Shown here one piece after another: positions 9,105-17,485 of a stretch of 32,194 nt of DNA. How positions within the stretch are numbered: the stretch's first letter is position 1; each line of letters starts with the position of its first letter. A program made the translations under genes and the position numbers. Source of the DNA: Pedosphaera sp. (GTDB lineage Bacteria; Verrucomicrobiota; Verrucomicrobiia; Limisphaerales; SIBH01); the NCBI GenBank assembly GCA_031414955.1, contig JANOQV010000126.1, forward strand, positions 1 through 32,194, read 5' to 3'. Under the pieces are notes generated by a model, which saw nothing but the letters and a program-made list of their open reading frames with translations, did not search any database and was not told the origin of the DNA.

Positions 9105-10286
9105 ATGCCCGCATATCGCCACTGCTGCTTCTCCGCCGGATTTTGCTTCGGTCTTTTCGCGCTGTGGAGCGTGGCGGTCGCGCAGGGACCGTTGCCGACC
9201 ATGCGACTCGTCGGCTTGCTCTCGGGAGAAACCCAGCGTCTGGCTGTGGTGGAAATGTCAGGAGCGAGGTCATCGTCATCCGTAATTCTCGGGGAGGGTG
9301 AGGCTTTCTATGATGTTTCAATAGCCGTCATCGACCCTGTGGGCGGCATCGTCCGGTTTCGGAAACAGGGATCAACCGATCTTCAAGAATGGAAACTGCC
9401 AGGCTCGACTGCGGCCGGCCCAAGCCCCAATGCCATTCTTCTGAAAGACGCAGAACCGAACACGGTGATCGCGGTGTATCAACATTTGGCGAGGCGGACG
9501 GTTTTGCGGGGACCGGTGCTGCCACGGTCTGGGATCAGCCTGTCGGCCAACACTTCGTTGGAGAACTTGATCGGAGCATTGGAGAGTACCCTGGCCACGA
9601 ACGGCGTGACGATCCGGCCGGCGGGTGAGTTGTTTGCCTTCGCCGTGCGGAATGACCAGGCGGAGACGCTGGCCAGCCTGCCCGTGCCTCCCGTGGCTGC
9701 GCCTGAGGGACGCCAGACGCGCATGTATCGGAACACGATTGTATTTGAGCAAGCGGATCACAGTCAGGTGCTGGAATTGTATCAGGAGTTGGCCGGTCGC
9801 ACCGTGTTGCAAGGGCCGAACATTGCAGGCCGCAAGTACACTTTTCGGAATGAAACAGAGCTGACGAGGGCGGAAGGAACCTGGTTGATGGCATCCCTGT
9901 TCCGCATCCATGGGCTGGCCGTGTTGCCCCAGGGCTCGAACCTTGTGATTGTTGCGCTCGCCGGCCACACCAACGGGTTGCCGCGGCTTGAAGGCAAGCC
10001 TGCACTTCGTGACGACGCACCGATGACAGGCGCAGCTATCCAATTCTCCGAGGCGCTGCCGCAGCAACTTCTCGAACTCTATGTCAGCCTGGCTGGCGGC
10101 ACGGCCGGTTCGGTTTCGCCACGAGTTCCTCAGGCGCGAATCAGTTTGCGGAATCCGGGGCCAATGACCCGGCGCGAAGCCATTTACGCGATCGAAGCGC
10201 TGGCCGCTCTGCACGGCTTCGCCTTCCAGAAGCATGACAGTGGCAGGGTGGACCTGTTGCCTTTGATGGAACTGCGGGAGAAATAG
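9105..10286 (+). CDS. Exported protein with a GspC-HR-like N-terminal domain and three GspD/secretin N0-like repeats
   Basis: Signal peptide ending AVA|QG. Three ~100-aa-period repeats start at 9435, 9738 and 10038 (e.g. 'IVFEQADHSQVLELYQELAGRTVL...LTRAEGTWLMASLFRIHGLAVLPQG'). The ORF is solid; the domain names are from motif recognition only. Confidence 0.7.
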   Translation: MPAYRHCCFSAGFCFGLFALWSVAVAQGPLPTMRLVGLLSGETQRLAVVEMSGARSSSSVILGEGEAFYDVSIAVIDPVGGIVRFRKQGSTDLQEWKLPGSTAAGPSPNAILLKDAEPNTVIAVYQHLARRTVLRGPVLPRSGISLSANTSLENLIGALESTLATNGVTIRPAGELFAFAVRNDQAETLASLPVPPVAAPEGRQTRMYRNTIVFEQADHSQVLELYQELAGRTVLQGPNIAGRKYTFRNETELTRAEGTWLMASLFRIHGLAVLPQGSNLVIVALAGHTNGLPRLEGKPALRDDAPMTGAAIQFSEALPQQLLELYVSLAGGTAGSVSPRVPQARISLRNPGPMTRREAIYAIEALAALHGFAFQKHDSGRVDLLPLMELREK

Positions 10287-10343
10287 CTGGTCGGCAAATC
10301 CGGTTCAGATCTTAGGGCCGCAGTTCAATTCTAATTCGCTCCG

Positions 10344-11594
10344 TTACTTCACCTCGAACGGCAACCGGACCGTGGAGTTGGTGAACTGCCGCTCCACGCG
10401 CTCGAACAGATCCACCTCGAAGGCCTTGCCAATGTTGTTGCCGGCCAAGTCCTCGATGGTCTTCTCCACCCGCAGCGTGTGAGCGCCGGGCCGCCAGGGC
10501 AGGGCGGGGGTGAACGTCCAACGGCGTTCCTCGTCCTCCAGTGTGCTGCTTCCCTCGACGGTGCGACCGGTCTGGTCGGCGACGCGGATCATCCGTTGCG
10601 CGAGGGCGTGGTCCATGGGCTTGGGAAACGCCACCGCCAGCACGCCGCGTGAACCGGAGGATGGCGCGAGGATTTTCCATGCCTTCACATCCACCTCGGC
10701 CCGGTCGGGAGGACCGACGTGGAATTGCTTTTCAAACCGCTCCTTCAGCGCCAGACCGCTGGCATCGCGCCAGGCGCGGTCGATGACGAGAGTGTAGCTC
10801 CGGCCTGATTCCAGCGCGGGACCGATGTCTTCGAGCGGTTTCACGCCGCGCTTGATGCGGCCCGGGTCGATGAACAAGGTCAGCCGCGTCAGCTCCGGGT
10901 TCCAAAGCTCCTCGTCGATTTCCAGGAAGGGAAGCTGGACGTCCTTGCCGCTGGCCTCCCGAAGATGGATGTGATCGTAGATGTGCCCGCGGCGCATCGG
11001 CGCGGAGAAGTGGACATAGAACTTCAGCAGGTTTTCCGGCAGCACCGAGGCGCTGGGGTAGATCTGCGCGACGACCGTGGTCTCGTTCGTGGCGCGGCGT
11101 GGCAGTTCAAAGGTGGTGCTGATAAACCATGCGCTGGTTCCACCCGTCAGGCGTGATGGATAAAAGGCCGTGACGTAGCGAAGCCCCGGTGCCAGCGCGA
11201 ACTGGGGCGTGAACTGGATGGCGTCTTCGTGGACACGGTAGGAGCCAAGCATCGCGGGCATTCCGACGTTCCCCAAGGCGTCCCCCGATTCGACCCGCAC
11301 GGCGAGCAGCTTCTGCCACTGTTCGGGCGCCCAGGAGGCGGCGCGCAATTCGGCGAGCGATTTGGTCTCCGTCCCAAGCACATGCAGAGTCCAGCCGCCC
11401 GAGACGCGGTTGGAGATCCAGCGCAGCGAATACTGGGATTGGACAGCACGAGCTGGCGGTCCCGCCGCCGGAACACGATCAGGAAACCAGAGCAGCGTGG
11501 CGAGCAGGAGCGTCCTGATCACCGGCTGGAATTCTCGCTTCCGTGTTTCTCCGGACAGGCCGAAGTTTGCACCCCAGCGCACCGGCCTGTTCAC
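10344..11594 (-). CDS. Hypothetical exported protein with Ig-like (Big_5/SbsA-like) domains
   Basis: 416-aa ORF, beta-rich: 'FTPQFALAPGLRY', 'PENLLKFYVHFSAPM', 'FTPALPWRPGAH', 'EDLAGN'. GTG start overlaps the upstream TGA (GTGA); an alternative start lies near 11522. Confidence 0.75.
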   Translation of the reverse strand: MNRPVRWGANFGLSGETRKREFQPVIRTLLLATLLWFPDRVPAAGPPARAVQSQYSLRWISNRVSGGWTLHVLGTETKSLAELRAASWAPEQWQKLLAVRVESGDALGNVGMPAMLGSYRVHEDAIQFTPQFALAPGLRYVTAFYPSRLTGGTSAWFISTTFELPRRATNETTVVAQIYPSASVLPENLLKFYVHFSAPMRRGHIYDHIHLREASGKDVQLPFLEIDEELWNPELTRLTLFIDPGRIKRGVKPLEDIGPALESGRSYTLVIDRAWRDASGLALKERFEKQFHVGPPDRAEVDVKAWKILAPSSGSRGVLAVAFPKPMDHALAQRMIRVADQTGRTVEGSSTLEDEERRWTFTPALPWRPGAHTLRVEKTIEDLAGNNIGKAFEVDLFERVERQFTNSTVRLPFEVK

Positions 11595-12703
11595 GGCAGA
11601 GGCAGCGACTCCAGCGTCACCGCGCCGGCTTCGCCCTTGCGCAGCACCAGCGCATTCTTGTCGTCGTAACGGTCGAGGTGTTCGATGCCCTTCCAGCCTT
11701 CGACCGTTTCATAGGCCAGACCTTTCTTGTCCGCGACGCGCGTGGTGATGCTCTCGGCGTTTTCAATTTTGTCCGTGGCGATCTTCATCACGCCGCGGCT
11801 GCTGTTAGCGAGGAGGAGAAAGTCTTTGCCGTCCTTCTGGTACACGATCATGTCGAGCGGGCGGTTCATGTTGCCGAGTTCGGCGATGGTCTTTCCTTTG
11901 ATTTTCGCGCCGGGCTTCAGGTCGCTGATCGGGAACTGGACCAGCGGCGTGCAGGTGTAGGCGGCGATGAGTTGCGGCTCGTTGCCGACCTTGAAGGGCA
12001 CGAAAGTGCGCACCGGTGAGCGGGTTTCAAACTTGCCGTGCGCGCCGTGATAAATCTCCACGCTGGTGCCTGGGGCCACGGTTTTGAAGGGGAACGGAAT
12101 GGCCCGCAGCGTGGAGGAGAACTCCTCGTTCGACAGTCCGGCGATGAGCACGCGATCCTGGAAGAAGGCCAGGTCGGTGATGGTTTCCTTGCGCGGATTG
12201 CTCTGGCGGTTGCCCTGCCCGACGACGCCATCGACCGGCGCATCCGGCAATTCGCCGCGCGCGAAACTCACCTTGTCGAGCGCCACGACTTCGATCGCCC
12301 CGTCTGTCTTCACGCGCACCAGCACGGGAATGGCGTCCGGTCCGCGCCCCCGAGACACCGCCACATAGACGTTGTGCGAGAGCGGGTTGGCCACCAAGTC
12401 TTCGATCAACATCTGGTCGGCCGTGATGCCGAGGAGCGCGGCGATTTTCTGGTTGAGAGCCTCGACCTTCAGCGCCTGGCTGGAGGACGCCGGTTTGTTG
12501 TCGCCCGTGGCGAGGGCGATGACTGTCGCAGCCTTGGTATCGGCGATGAACAGAATCCCCTCCGGTCCAAAGGCCAGCGGCCCCATGGATTTGAAGGTGG
12601 CCTTGCCCTCGGTCATGCCGTCCTGGAGCGCGGCGCGGGCGCAGTGTTGCGAGAGAACCACCGCGAGCAGCGCGGTGCCGGCGAACTTAACAATCTGTTT
12701 CAT
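11591..12703 (-). CDS. Hypothetical secreted protein, probable beta-propeller
   Basis: 370 aa from MKQIVKF with a signal peptide; propeller-like motifs 'GPLAFGPEGILFIAD', 'ITDLAF', 'RPLDMIVY'; strong GC3 bias. Confidence 0.85.
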   Translation of the reverse strand: MKQIVKFAGTALLAVVLSQHCARAALQDGMTEGKATFKSMGPLAFGPEGILFIADTKAATVIALATGDNKPASSSQALKVEALNQKIAALLGITADQMLIEDLVANPLSHNVYVAVSRGRGPDAIPVLVRVKTDGAIEVVALDKVSFARGELPDAPVDGVVGQGNRQSNPRKETITDLAFFQDRVLIAGLSNEEFSSTLRAIPFPFKTVAPGTSVEIYHGAHGKFETRSPVRTFVPFKVGNEPQLIAAYTCTPLVQFPISDLKPGAKIKGKTIAELGNMNRPLDMIVYQKDGKDFLLLANSSRGVMKIATDKIENAESITTRVADKKGLAYETVEGWKGIEHLDRYDDKNALVLRKGEAGAVTLESLPLP

Positions 12704-12859
12704 GGCGTTTCGTTTTTGGATTTTGGAGTTGGTGAATGCTGCGAGGGCAGACGCCCGATGGCCACCGGGGGTAACGGACAATTTCCGGCCCGCGCCCCTC
12801 GCCGCGCCCCGCCGGGTTTCCGCTTGCGCCTCCCGTCACCCTCGAAATTTCCGACGCAA

Positions 12860-12888
12860 TTGACACCGGCCCCGGCCCCCCGGCAGAG
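12860..12888 (+). promoter_or_regulatory. Putative promoter TTGACA-N17-CAGAGT for the MBOAT operon
   Basis: Perfect -35 hexamer and 17-nt spacer; ATG lies 18 nt downstream. Confidence 0.6.
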
Positions 12889-12906
12889 TCCGCACTCTGA
12901 ATTCGG

Positions 12907-14403
12907 ATGCTGTTTAACTCGTACTCTTTTCTCCTGCTGTTCCTGCCCGTGACGCTCCTCGTTTACGTGCTGGCGGCGCGCACGGTCGGGCGCGGGGCGG
13001 CCTTTTCCTGGCTGGTGCTGGCCTCGTTGTTTTTCTACGGCTGGTGGCGCTGGTTCAATCTCGCGTTGCTCCTTGGCTCTCTCGTTTTCAACTACACCGC
13101 CGGCACCTGGTTGGGCCGCCTCGAGCAGCGCCGGCCCGCGCGGGTTGTGCTCGGCCTGGCCCTTGCCTTCAACCTCGGCTTCCTCGGCTATTTCAAATAC
13201 GCGAACTTTTTTGTCGAGAACCTCAACGACGTGTTCAAGACCGGCTGGGGGTGGGCCGAAATCGCCCTGCCGCTGGGCATCTCCTTCTACACCTTCCAGA
13301 AGGTCGCCTATCTCGTGGACTCGTATCAGGGGCGGACGCGGGGCTACGGCTTCCGTGATTTCTGCCTCTTCGTTTCCTTTTTTCCGCAACTCATCGCCGG
13401 ACCCATCACGCACCACGGCGAGATCATGCCGCAGTTTCGGAACCGCGATCCGGCGAAGGTTTCCTGGGACGACTGGAGCGTGGGGTGGACGTTGTTCGTG
13501 TTCGGACTCGCCAAGAAAGTGCTCATCGCTGATCGCCTGGCCGAGTTTGCCACGCCAGTTTTTCGCGTGGCGCAACAGGGCGGCCACTTGGGCCTGACCG
13601 AGGCGTGGGTGGGCGTGCTGGCCTACACGCTGCAACTTTACTTCGATTTCTCCGGCTACTCGGACATGGCCATCGGCCTGGCGCGGCTCTTTGGCCTCCG
13701 GTTGCCCATGAACTTCAACTCGCCGTATCAAGCGACGAATATCGCCGACTTCTGGCGGCGCTGGCACATCACGCTCTCCCGGTTCCTGCGCGAGTACCTC
13801 TACATCCCGCTGGGCGGCAACCGCCACGGGCCGGCGCGCAAGTACCTCAACCTCTTTCTCACCATGCTGGTCGGCGGCTTCTGGCATGGAGCGGGCTGGA
13901 CCTTTGTCCTCTGGGGCGCGCTGCACGGTTTCTATCTGCTCGTCTATCACGCCTGGCGCGACTGGCGAGGCGAGCGGGTCCAGGCGCCTCCGGGCCGGCT
14001 CGGTCTTTTCGGTGCGCGCGCTGTGACCTTCCTGGCGGTGATGTTCGCCTGGGTTTTCTTTCGCGCGTCCTCCTTGGCCGCCGCGAAGACTCTGCTCCTG
14101 GGCTTGGTCGGCGGACACGGCTTCCACTCGAACCTCGCCCGCATCTCCGTGGTCAACGGACTCATTTACGCGACCGTGTTTCTGTTCGTCGTCTGGTTCC
14201 TGCCCAACACGAACCAACTGCTGGCCCGCTTTGGCCCCACCCTGGAATACGAGGGCGAGGGCGAGCCGGCACGCCGACCCGGGCCACCCGCCAGACTCAC
14301 CTGGGCTCCGCGTCCCGTCTGGATGCTGATCGTCGTCGCCTTGGCGGTGTGCTCGGTGGTGGGGTTGTCCCGCGTGAGCGAGTTCATCTACTGGCAATTC
14401 TGA
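12907..14403 (+). CDS. MBOAT family O-acyltransferase (AlgI/PatA/DltB-like)
   Basis: 'MLFNS', 'LPLGISFYTFQ', 'FFPQLIAGPI', 'YFDFSGYSDMAIG', 'NFNSPY', 'FWRRWHITLS', catalytic 'GFWHGA', C-terminal 'FIYWQF'. Confidence 0.95.
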   Translation: MLFNSYSFLLLFLPVTLLVYVLAARTVGRGAAFSWLVLASLFFYGWWRWFNLALLLGSLVFNYTAGTWLGRLEQRRPARVVLGLALAFNLGFLGYFKYANFFVENLNDVFKTGWGWAEIALPLGISFYTFQKVAYLVDSYQGRTRGYGFRDFCLFVSFFPQLIAGPITHHGEIMPQFRNRDPAKVSWDDWSVGWTLFVFGLAKKVLIADRLAEFATPVFRVAQQGGHLGLTEAWVGVLAYTLQLYFDFSGYSDMAIGLARLFGLRLPMNFNSPYQATNIADFWRRWHITLSRFLREYLYIPLGGNRHGPARKYLNLFLTMLVGGFWHGAGWTFVLWGALHGFYLLVYHAWRDWRGERVQAPPGRLGLFGARAVTFLAVMFAWVFFRASSLAAAKTLLLGLVGGHGFHSNLARISVVNGLIYATVFLFVVWFLPNTNQLLARFGPTLEYEGEGEPARRPGPPARLTWAPRPVWMLIVVALAVCSVVGLSRVSEFIYWQF

Positions 14404-14406
14404 CTT

Positions 14407-15594
14407 ATGGACGCGAGGTGCTATGGCAAGTTCGTCGGCGGGGGCACCCTCGCTGCTCTGCTCATCGTGGCCGCGTTTAACGTGCTCATCGATCCCTACC
14501 GTGCCTATCCCCGGTTGCACCTCCCGGGCTTCGACCGGTGGCGCGATGGCCTCTCTTCCCGCGTGGCGCGGGCCGAACTGGTGCGGCGTGGTGATTGGGA
14601 CACGATCCTGCTCGGCACCTCGCGCCCCAAAGTCGGCCTGCCCGCAGGGCACGCCGCCTTTGCCACCAACCGCGCCTGCAATCTGGCGGTGGACGCGGCG
14701 CTCATGTCCGAGGCCGAGATCATCTTCGATTATACGCGGGCGCGGAACCCTCTGCGGCGCGTCGTGCTCGGCCTCGACTTCGCCCTTTTCCGGCCGCAGA
14801 AGGTCAATGAAACCGATTTCGCCCAGTCGCGTTTCAACGATCGCCTTTCGCCCTTCGATTATCACACCCGGCATCTGCTCGGGGCGAAAGCTCTGGACCG
14901 TTCCTTCGAGTTTCTTCTGCTGCGCCTCCGCGGTCGGCTTCCACCCGCGGCGGAGCGGGACGGCTTTCAGATCCGCACCCTCCGGGCCGGCGTCAGCCAG
15001 CGCGCCCTCTTCGATAAACAACTTCGCCTGCTCGCCTATGGTTATGTCGTGCAAGGGGTCGATCGGTCGGAGATGGCGGCCTTGCGCCGTCTGGTGCGCA
15101 CGGCCCAGGCTCAAGGGATGGAACTCACCCTGGCGATCAATCCCGTCCACGCCCTCGACCTCGAGTTGCTGCGCGCCGCTGGCGGTTGGGAACGCTTCGA
15201 AGCCTGGCGGCGCGAGGTGGTGGAACTCGTGGCCACGGAGGCGCCCGAGGGCCGCGTCGTGGTCTGGGACTTCACCGGCTACTGGCCTGCGACCACCGAG
15301 TCCGTGCCGTCGTCCGAAGACCGGACCACTCGGATGAAATACTATTTCGAGAACAGCCACTTTACGCCGGCACTGGGGGCTTTGATGCTGGATCGTATGT
15401 TCACCGGCGCCACCCATGACTTCGGCGAACGACTGACCTCCGGGAACCTCGACGCCCACACGGAGAAAATCCGCGTCCAGCGAGAAACCTACGCGCGCAC
15501 CCAGGCCCGCGAAATTGAATGGGTCGGGAGCATTGCCCGGTCGGTGCGCGCCGTGCGCCGCCGCCCCCCAGTCGAGGCCGCCGAAACGGAGTGA
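14407..15594 (+). CDS. Periplasmic SGNH-like/DltD-like partner of the MBOAT acyltransferase
   Basis: Starts 3 nt after the MBOAT stop; N-terminal TM helix ending 'NVLIDPY'; 'LLGTSR' Ser motif and 'FENSHF' His motif. Confidence 0.75.
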   Translation: MDARCYGKFVGGGTLAALLIVAAFNVLIDPYRAYPRLHLPGFDRWRDGLSSRVARAELVRRGDWDTILLGTSRPKVGLPAGHAAFATNRACNLAVDAALMSEAEIIFDYTRARNPLRRVVLGLDFALFRPQKVNETDFAQSRFNDRLSPFDYHTRHLLGAKALDRSFEFLLLRLRGRLPPAAERDGFQIRTLRAGVSQRALFDKQLRLLAYGYVVQGVDRSEMAALRRLVRTAQAQGMELTLAINPVHALDLELLRAAGGWERFEAWRREVVELVATEAPEGRVVVWDFTGYWPATTESVPSSEDRTTRMKYYFENSHFTPALGALMLDRMFTGATHDFGERLTSGNLDAHTEKIRVQRETYARTQAREIEWVGSIARSVRAVRRRPPVEAAETE

Positions 15595-15679
15595 GGGAAG
15601 GCCGAGCAGCGCCCGGCCCGAAGCATTGAGCGGACGGCTTGACCCAGCGTGCCGGAGATGAGGGCGTCCGCGCCCCGCT

Positions 15680-17245
15680 TCAGGTTTTCGGCGTGTCCTT
15701 GCGCGGGAACAACGGTGCCGGCTCGCCGATGGCGTGGCCGGTCTGCAATCCGCCCCAGTGCGCGGCGGAAAAGTTTTCCGGCACCGCCCCCAATCCCAGT
15801 TGGGCGTAGATGCGCGCCGAGGTGCCCGGCAGAAACGGTGCCAGCAGCGCCGCCAGCACGCGACAGGTCTCGCACAGGTTGTAGAGCACCTCGTCGAGGC
15901 GCTGCGCCTGCGCCGGGTCTTTGGCCAGTTTGAAGGGCGCGGTTTGATCGACGTACTGGTTGGCGCGGTTGACCAGCGCCCAAATGTCCACGAGGGCGGC
16001 CTGCAATTCGTGGGCGCGCAGATCGGCCTCCACTTTCGTCGTGGCTTCCTCGGCGGCGGATTTCAATTCATCCGAAACCATCCCCAGCACGCCGCCGCGA
16101 TACCGCTTGAGCATGGAGAGTGAACGGTTGACCAGATTGCCCAGCCCGTTGGCCAGTTCCGCCTGGTAACGCGCGGCGAAGCCCGCGTCCGTCCAGTTGC
16201 CATCCGGGCCGATGTCCAGCTCGCGCAGCACGTAGAAGCGAAAGGCGTCCAGCCCCCATTCGTCGATCACCGCCACCGGGTCCACGATGTTGCCCGTGCT
16301 CTTGCTGATTTTTGCGCCGTCCTTCTGCCACCAGCCGTGGACGAGCAAGGTCTTCGGCAGCGGCAGCCCGGCGGCCTTGAGCATGATGGGCCAATAGACG
16401 GCGTGGAACTTCACGATGTCCTTGCCCAGGACGTGCAGGTCGGCGGGCCAGAGAGTGAGTTGAGAGTTGAGAGTTGAGGGTTGAGAGCCGGTGGCGGCCA
16501 GCACGGCTGCGTCGCCGTGGGCCGCCGGCACGCTGATGTAATTCACCAGCGCATCGAACCACACGTAGGTCACGTAGCCGGGATCGAAGGGCAGGGGAAT
16601 GCCCCAGTTCAGCCGCGCCGCCGGCCGCGTGATGCACAAATCTTCCAGGGTGTGGTTCTTCAGGAAACCCAGCACCTCGTTTCTTCGCGTGGCCGGCTGG
16701 ATGAACTCCGGATGCTGCTCGATGTGCTCGATAAGCCAGGCCTGATGAACCCCGAGTTTGAAATAATAATTCTCCTCTTTCAGCCGGATGACTTCGCCCC
16801 AGGACGGATCAAACGTGCCGTCGGGCCGCTGATCCTTCTCGGTGAGGAAGGACTCCTCCTTGACCGAGAAGAATCCCTCGTAGCCCGCCTTGTAGAAGTG
16901 TCCCTCGGCCTGGAGCCGCGCGAGCAGCGACTGCACCGCCTGCTTGTGCCGCGGTTCGCTGGTGCGGACAAAGTCGTCATTGGTCAAGTCGAGCTTCCGG
17001 GCGAAAGCCGTCCAACTCGCGGCCAGTTCATCGCAGTACTGCTGGGGCTGTTTGCCTTCCGCCTGCGCGGCCTGCTGCACCTTCTGTCCGTGCTCGTCCA
17101 GGCCGGTGAGGAAAAAAACCCGCTCCCCGAGCGCGCGCCGGGAGCGCGCGATCACGTCGGCGACGATTTTCTCGTAGGCGTGGCCGAGATGCGGCTGGCC
17201 GTTCAAGTAATCAATCGCCGTGGTGATGTAGAAACGCTTTTCCAT
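15680..17245 (-). CDS. metG: Methionine--tRNA ligase (short form, no C-terminal tRNA-binding domain)
   Basis: 'FYITTAIDYLNGQPHLGHAY', 'TGLDEHGQK', 'YVWFDAL', 'GKDIVKFH', 'KISKSTGN', 'ELANGLGNL', 'PLFPR'. Confidence 0.97.
   Translation of the reverse strand: MEKRFYITTAIDYLNGQPHLGHAYEKIVADVIARSRRALGERVFFLTGLDEHGQKVQQAAQAEGKQPQQYCDELAASWTAFARKLDLTNDDFVRTSEPRHKQAVQSLLARLQAEGHFYKAGYEGFFSVKEESFLTEKDQRPDGTFDPSWGEVIRLKEENYYFKLGVHQAWLIEHIEQHPEFIQPATRRNEVLGFLKNHTLEDLCITRPAARLNWGIPLPFDPGYVTYVWFDALVNYISVPAAHGDAAVLAATGSQPSTLNSQLTLWPADLHVLGKDIVKFHAVYWPIMLKAAGLPLPKTLLVHGWWQKDGAKISKSTGNIVDPVAVIDEWGLDAFRFYVLRELDIGPDGNWTDAGFAARYQAELANGLGNLVNRSLSMLKRYRGGVLGMVSDELKSAAEEATTKVEADLRAHELQAALVDIWALVNRANQYVDQTAPFKLAKDPAQAQRLDEVLYNLCETCRVLAALLAPFLPGTSARIYAQLGLGAVPENFSAAHWGGLQTGHAIGEPAPLFPRKDTPKT
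16457..16487. repeat. Heptamer tandem repeat (GAGTTGA)3 GGGTTGA inside metG
   Basis: gagttga gagttga gagttga gggttga gag; encodes SQPSTLNSQL on the minus strand. Confidence 0.9.
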
Positions 17246-17256
17246 TTGGCGCGCGG

Positions 17257-17285
17257 ACTTTGGCGGAACGGGCGGGTGATGGCAA
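17257..17285 (-). promoter_or_regulatory. Putative metG promoter TTGCCA-N17-CAAAGT
   Basis: Minus strand reads ttgcca tcacccgcccgttccgc caaagt, then 11 nt to the ATG; no SD. Confidence 0.6.
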
Positions 17286-17310
17286 ATGGTCAGTGGGGCA
17301 GGCGTTGGTT

Positions 17311-17485
17311 TTAGCCCGAATTCCGAGGCTGGAATGGCGGGCGGGCCGCGGGCGGGCCGAATCCCACATTGGAGCGCGGGTTTTCAACCCGCAGCAGGCC
17401 GCTCACGCCGAGGATCGAAACAGTTCCAACGCCTTCCGCCCCGGCCACGCGCCGGGCTAAGGTTCGACTTCGGAATTCGGTTTTA
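17311..17485. repeat. MITE-like intergenic element with terminal inverted repeats, containing a REP-like hairpin
   Basis: ccgaattccga (17316-17326) is inverted as tcggaattcgg (17470-17480); internal ggagcgcgggttttcaacccgcagca at 17371-17396. Confidence 0.45.

Noticed and set aside
12700..15459. 919-aa minus-strand ORF
   Set aside because: Antisense to the well-supported MBOAT operon; no domain signal.
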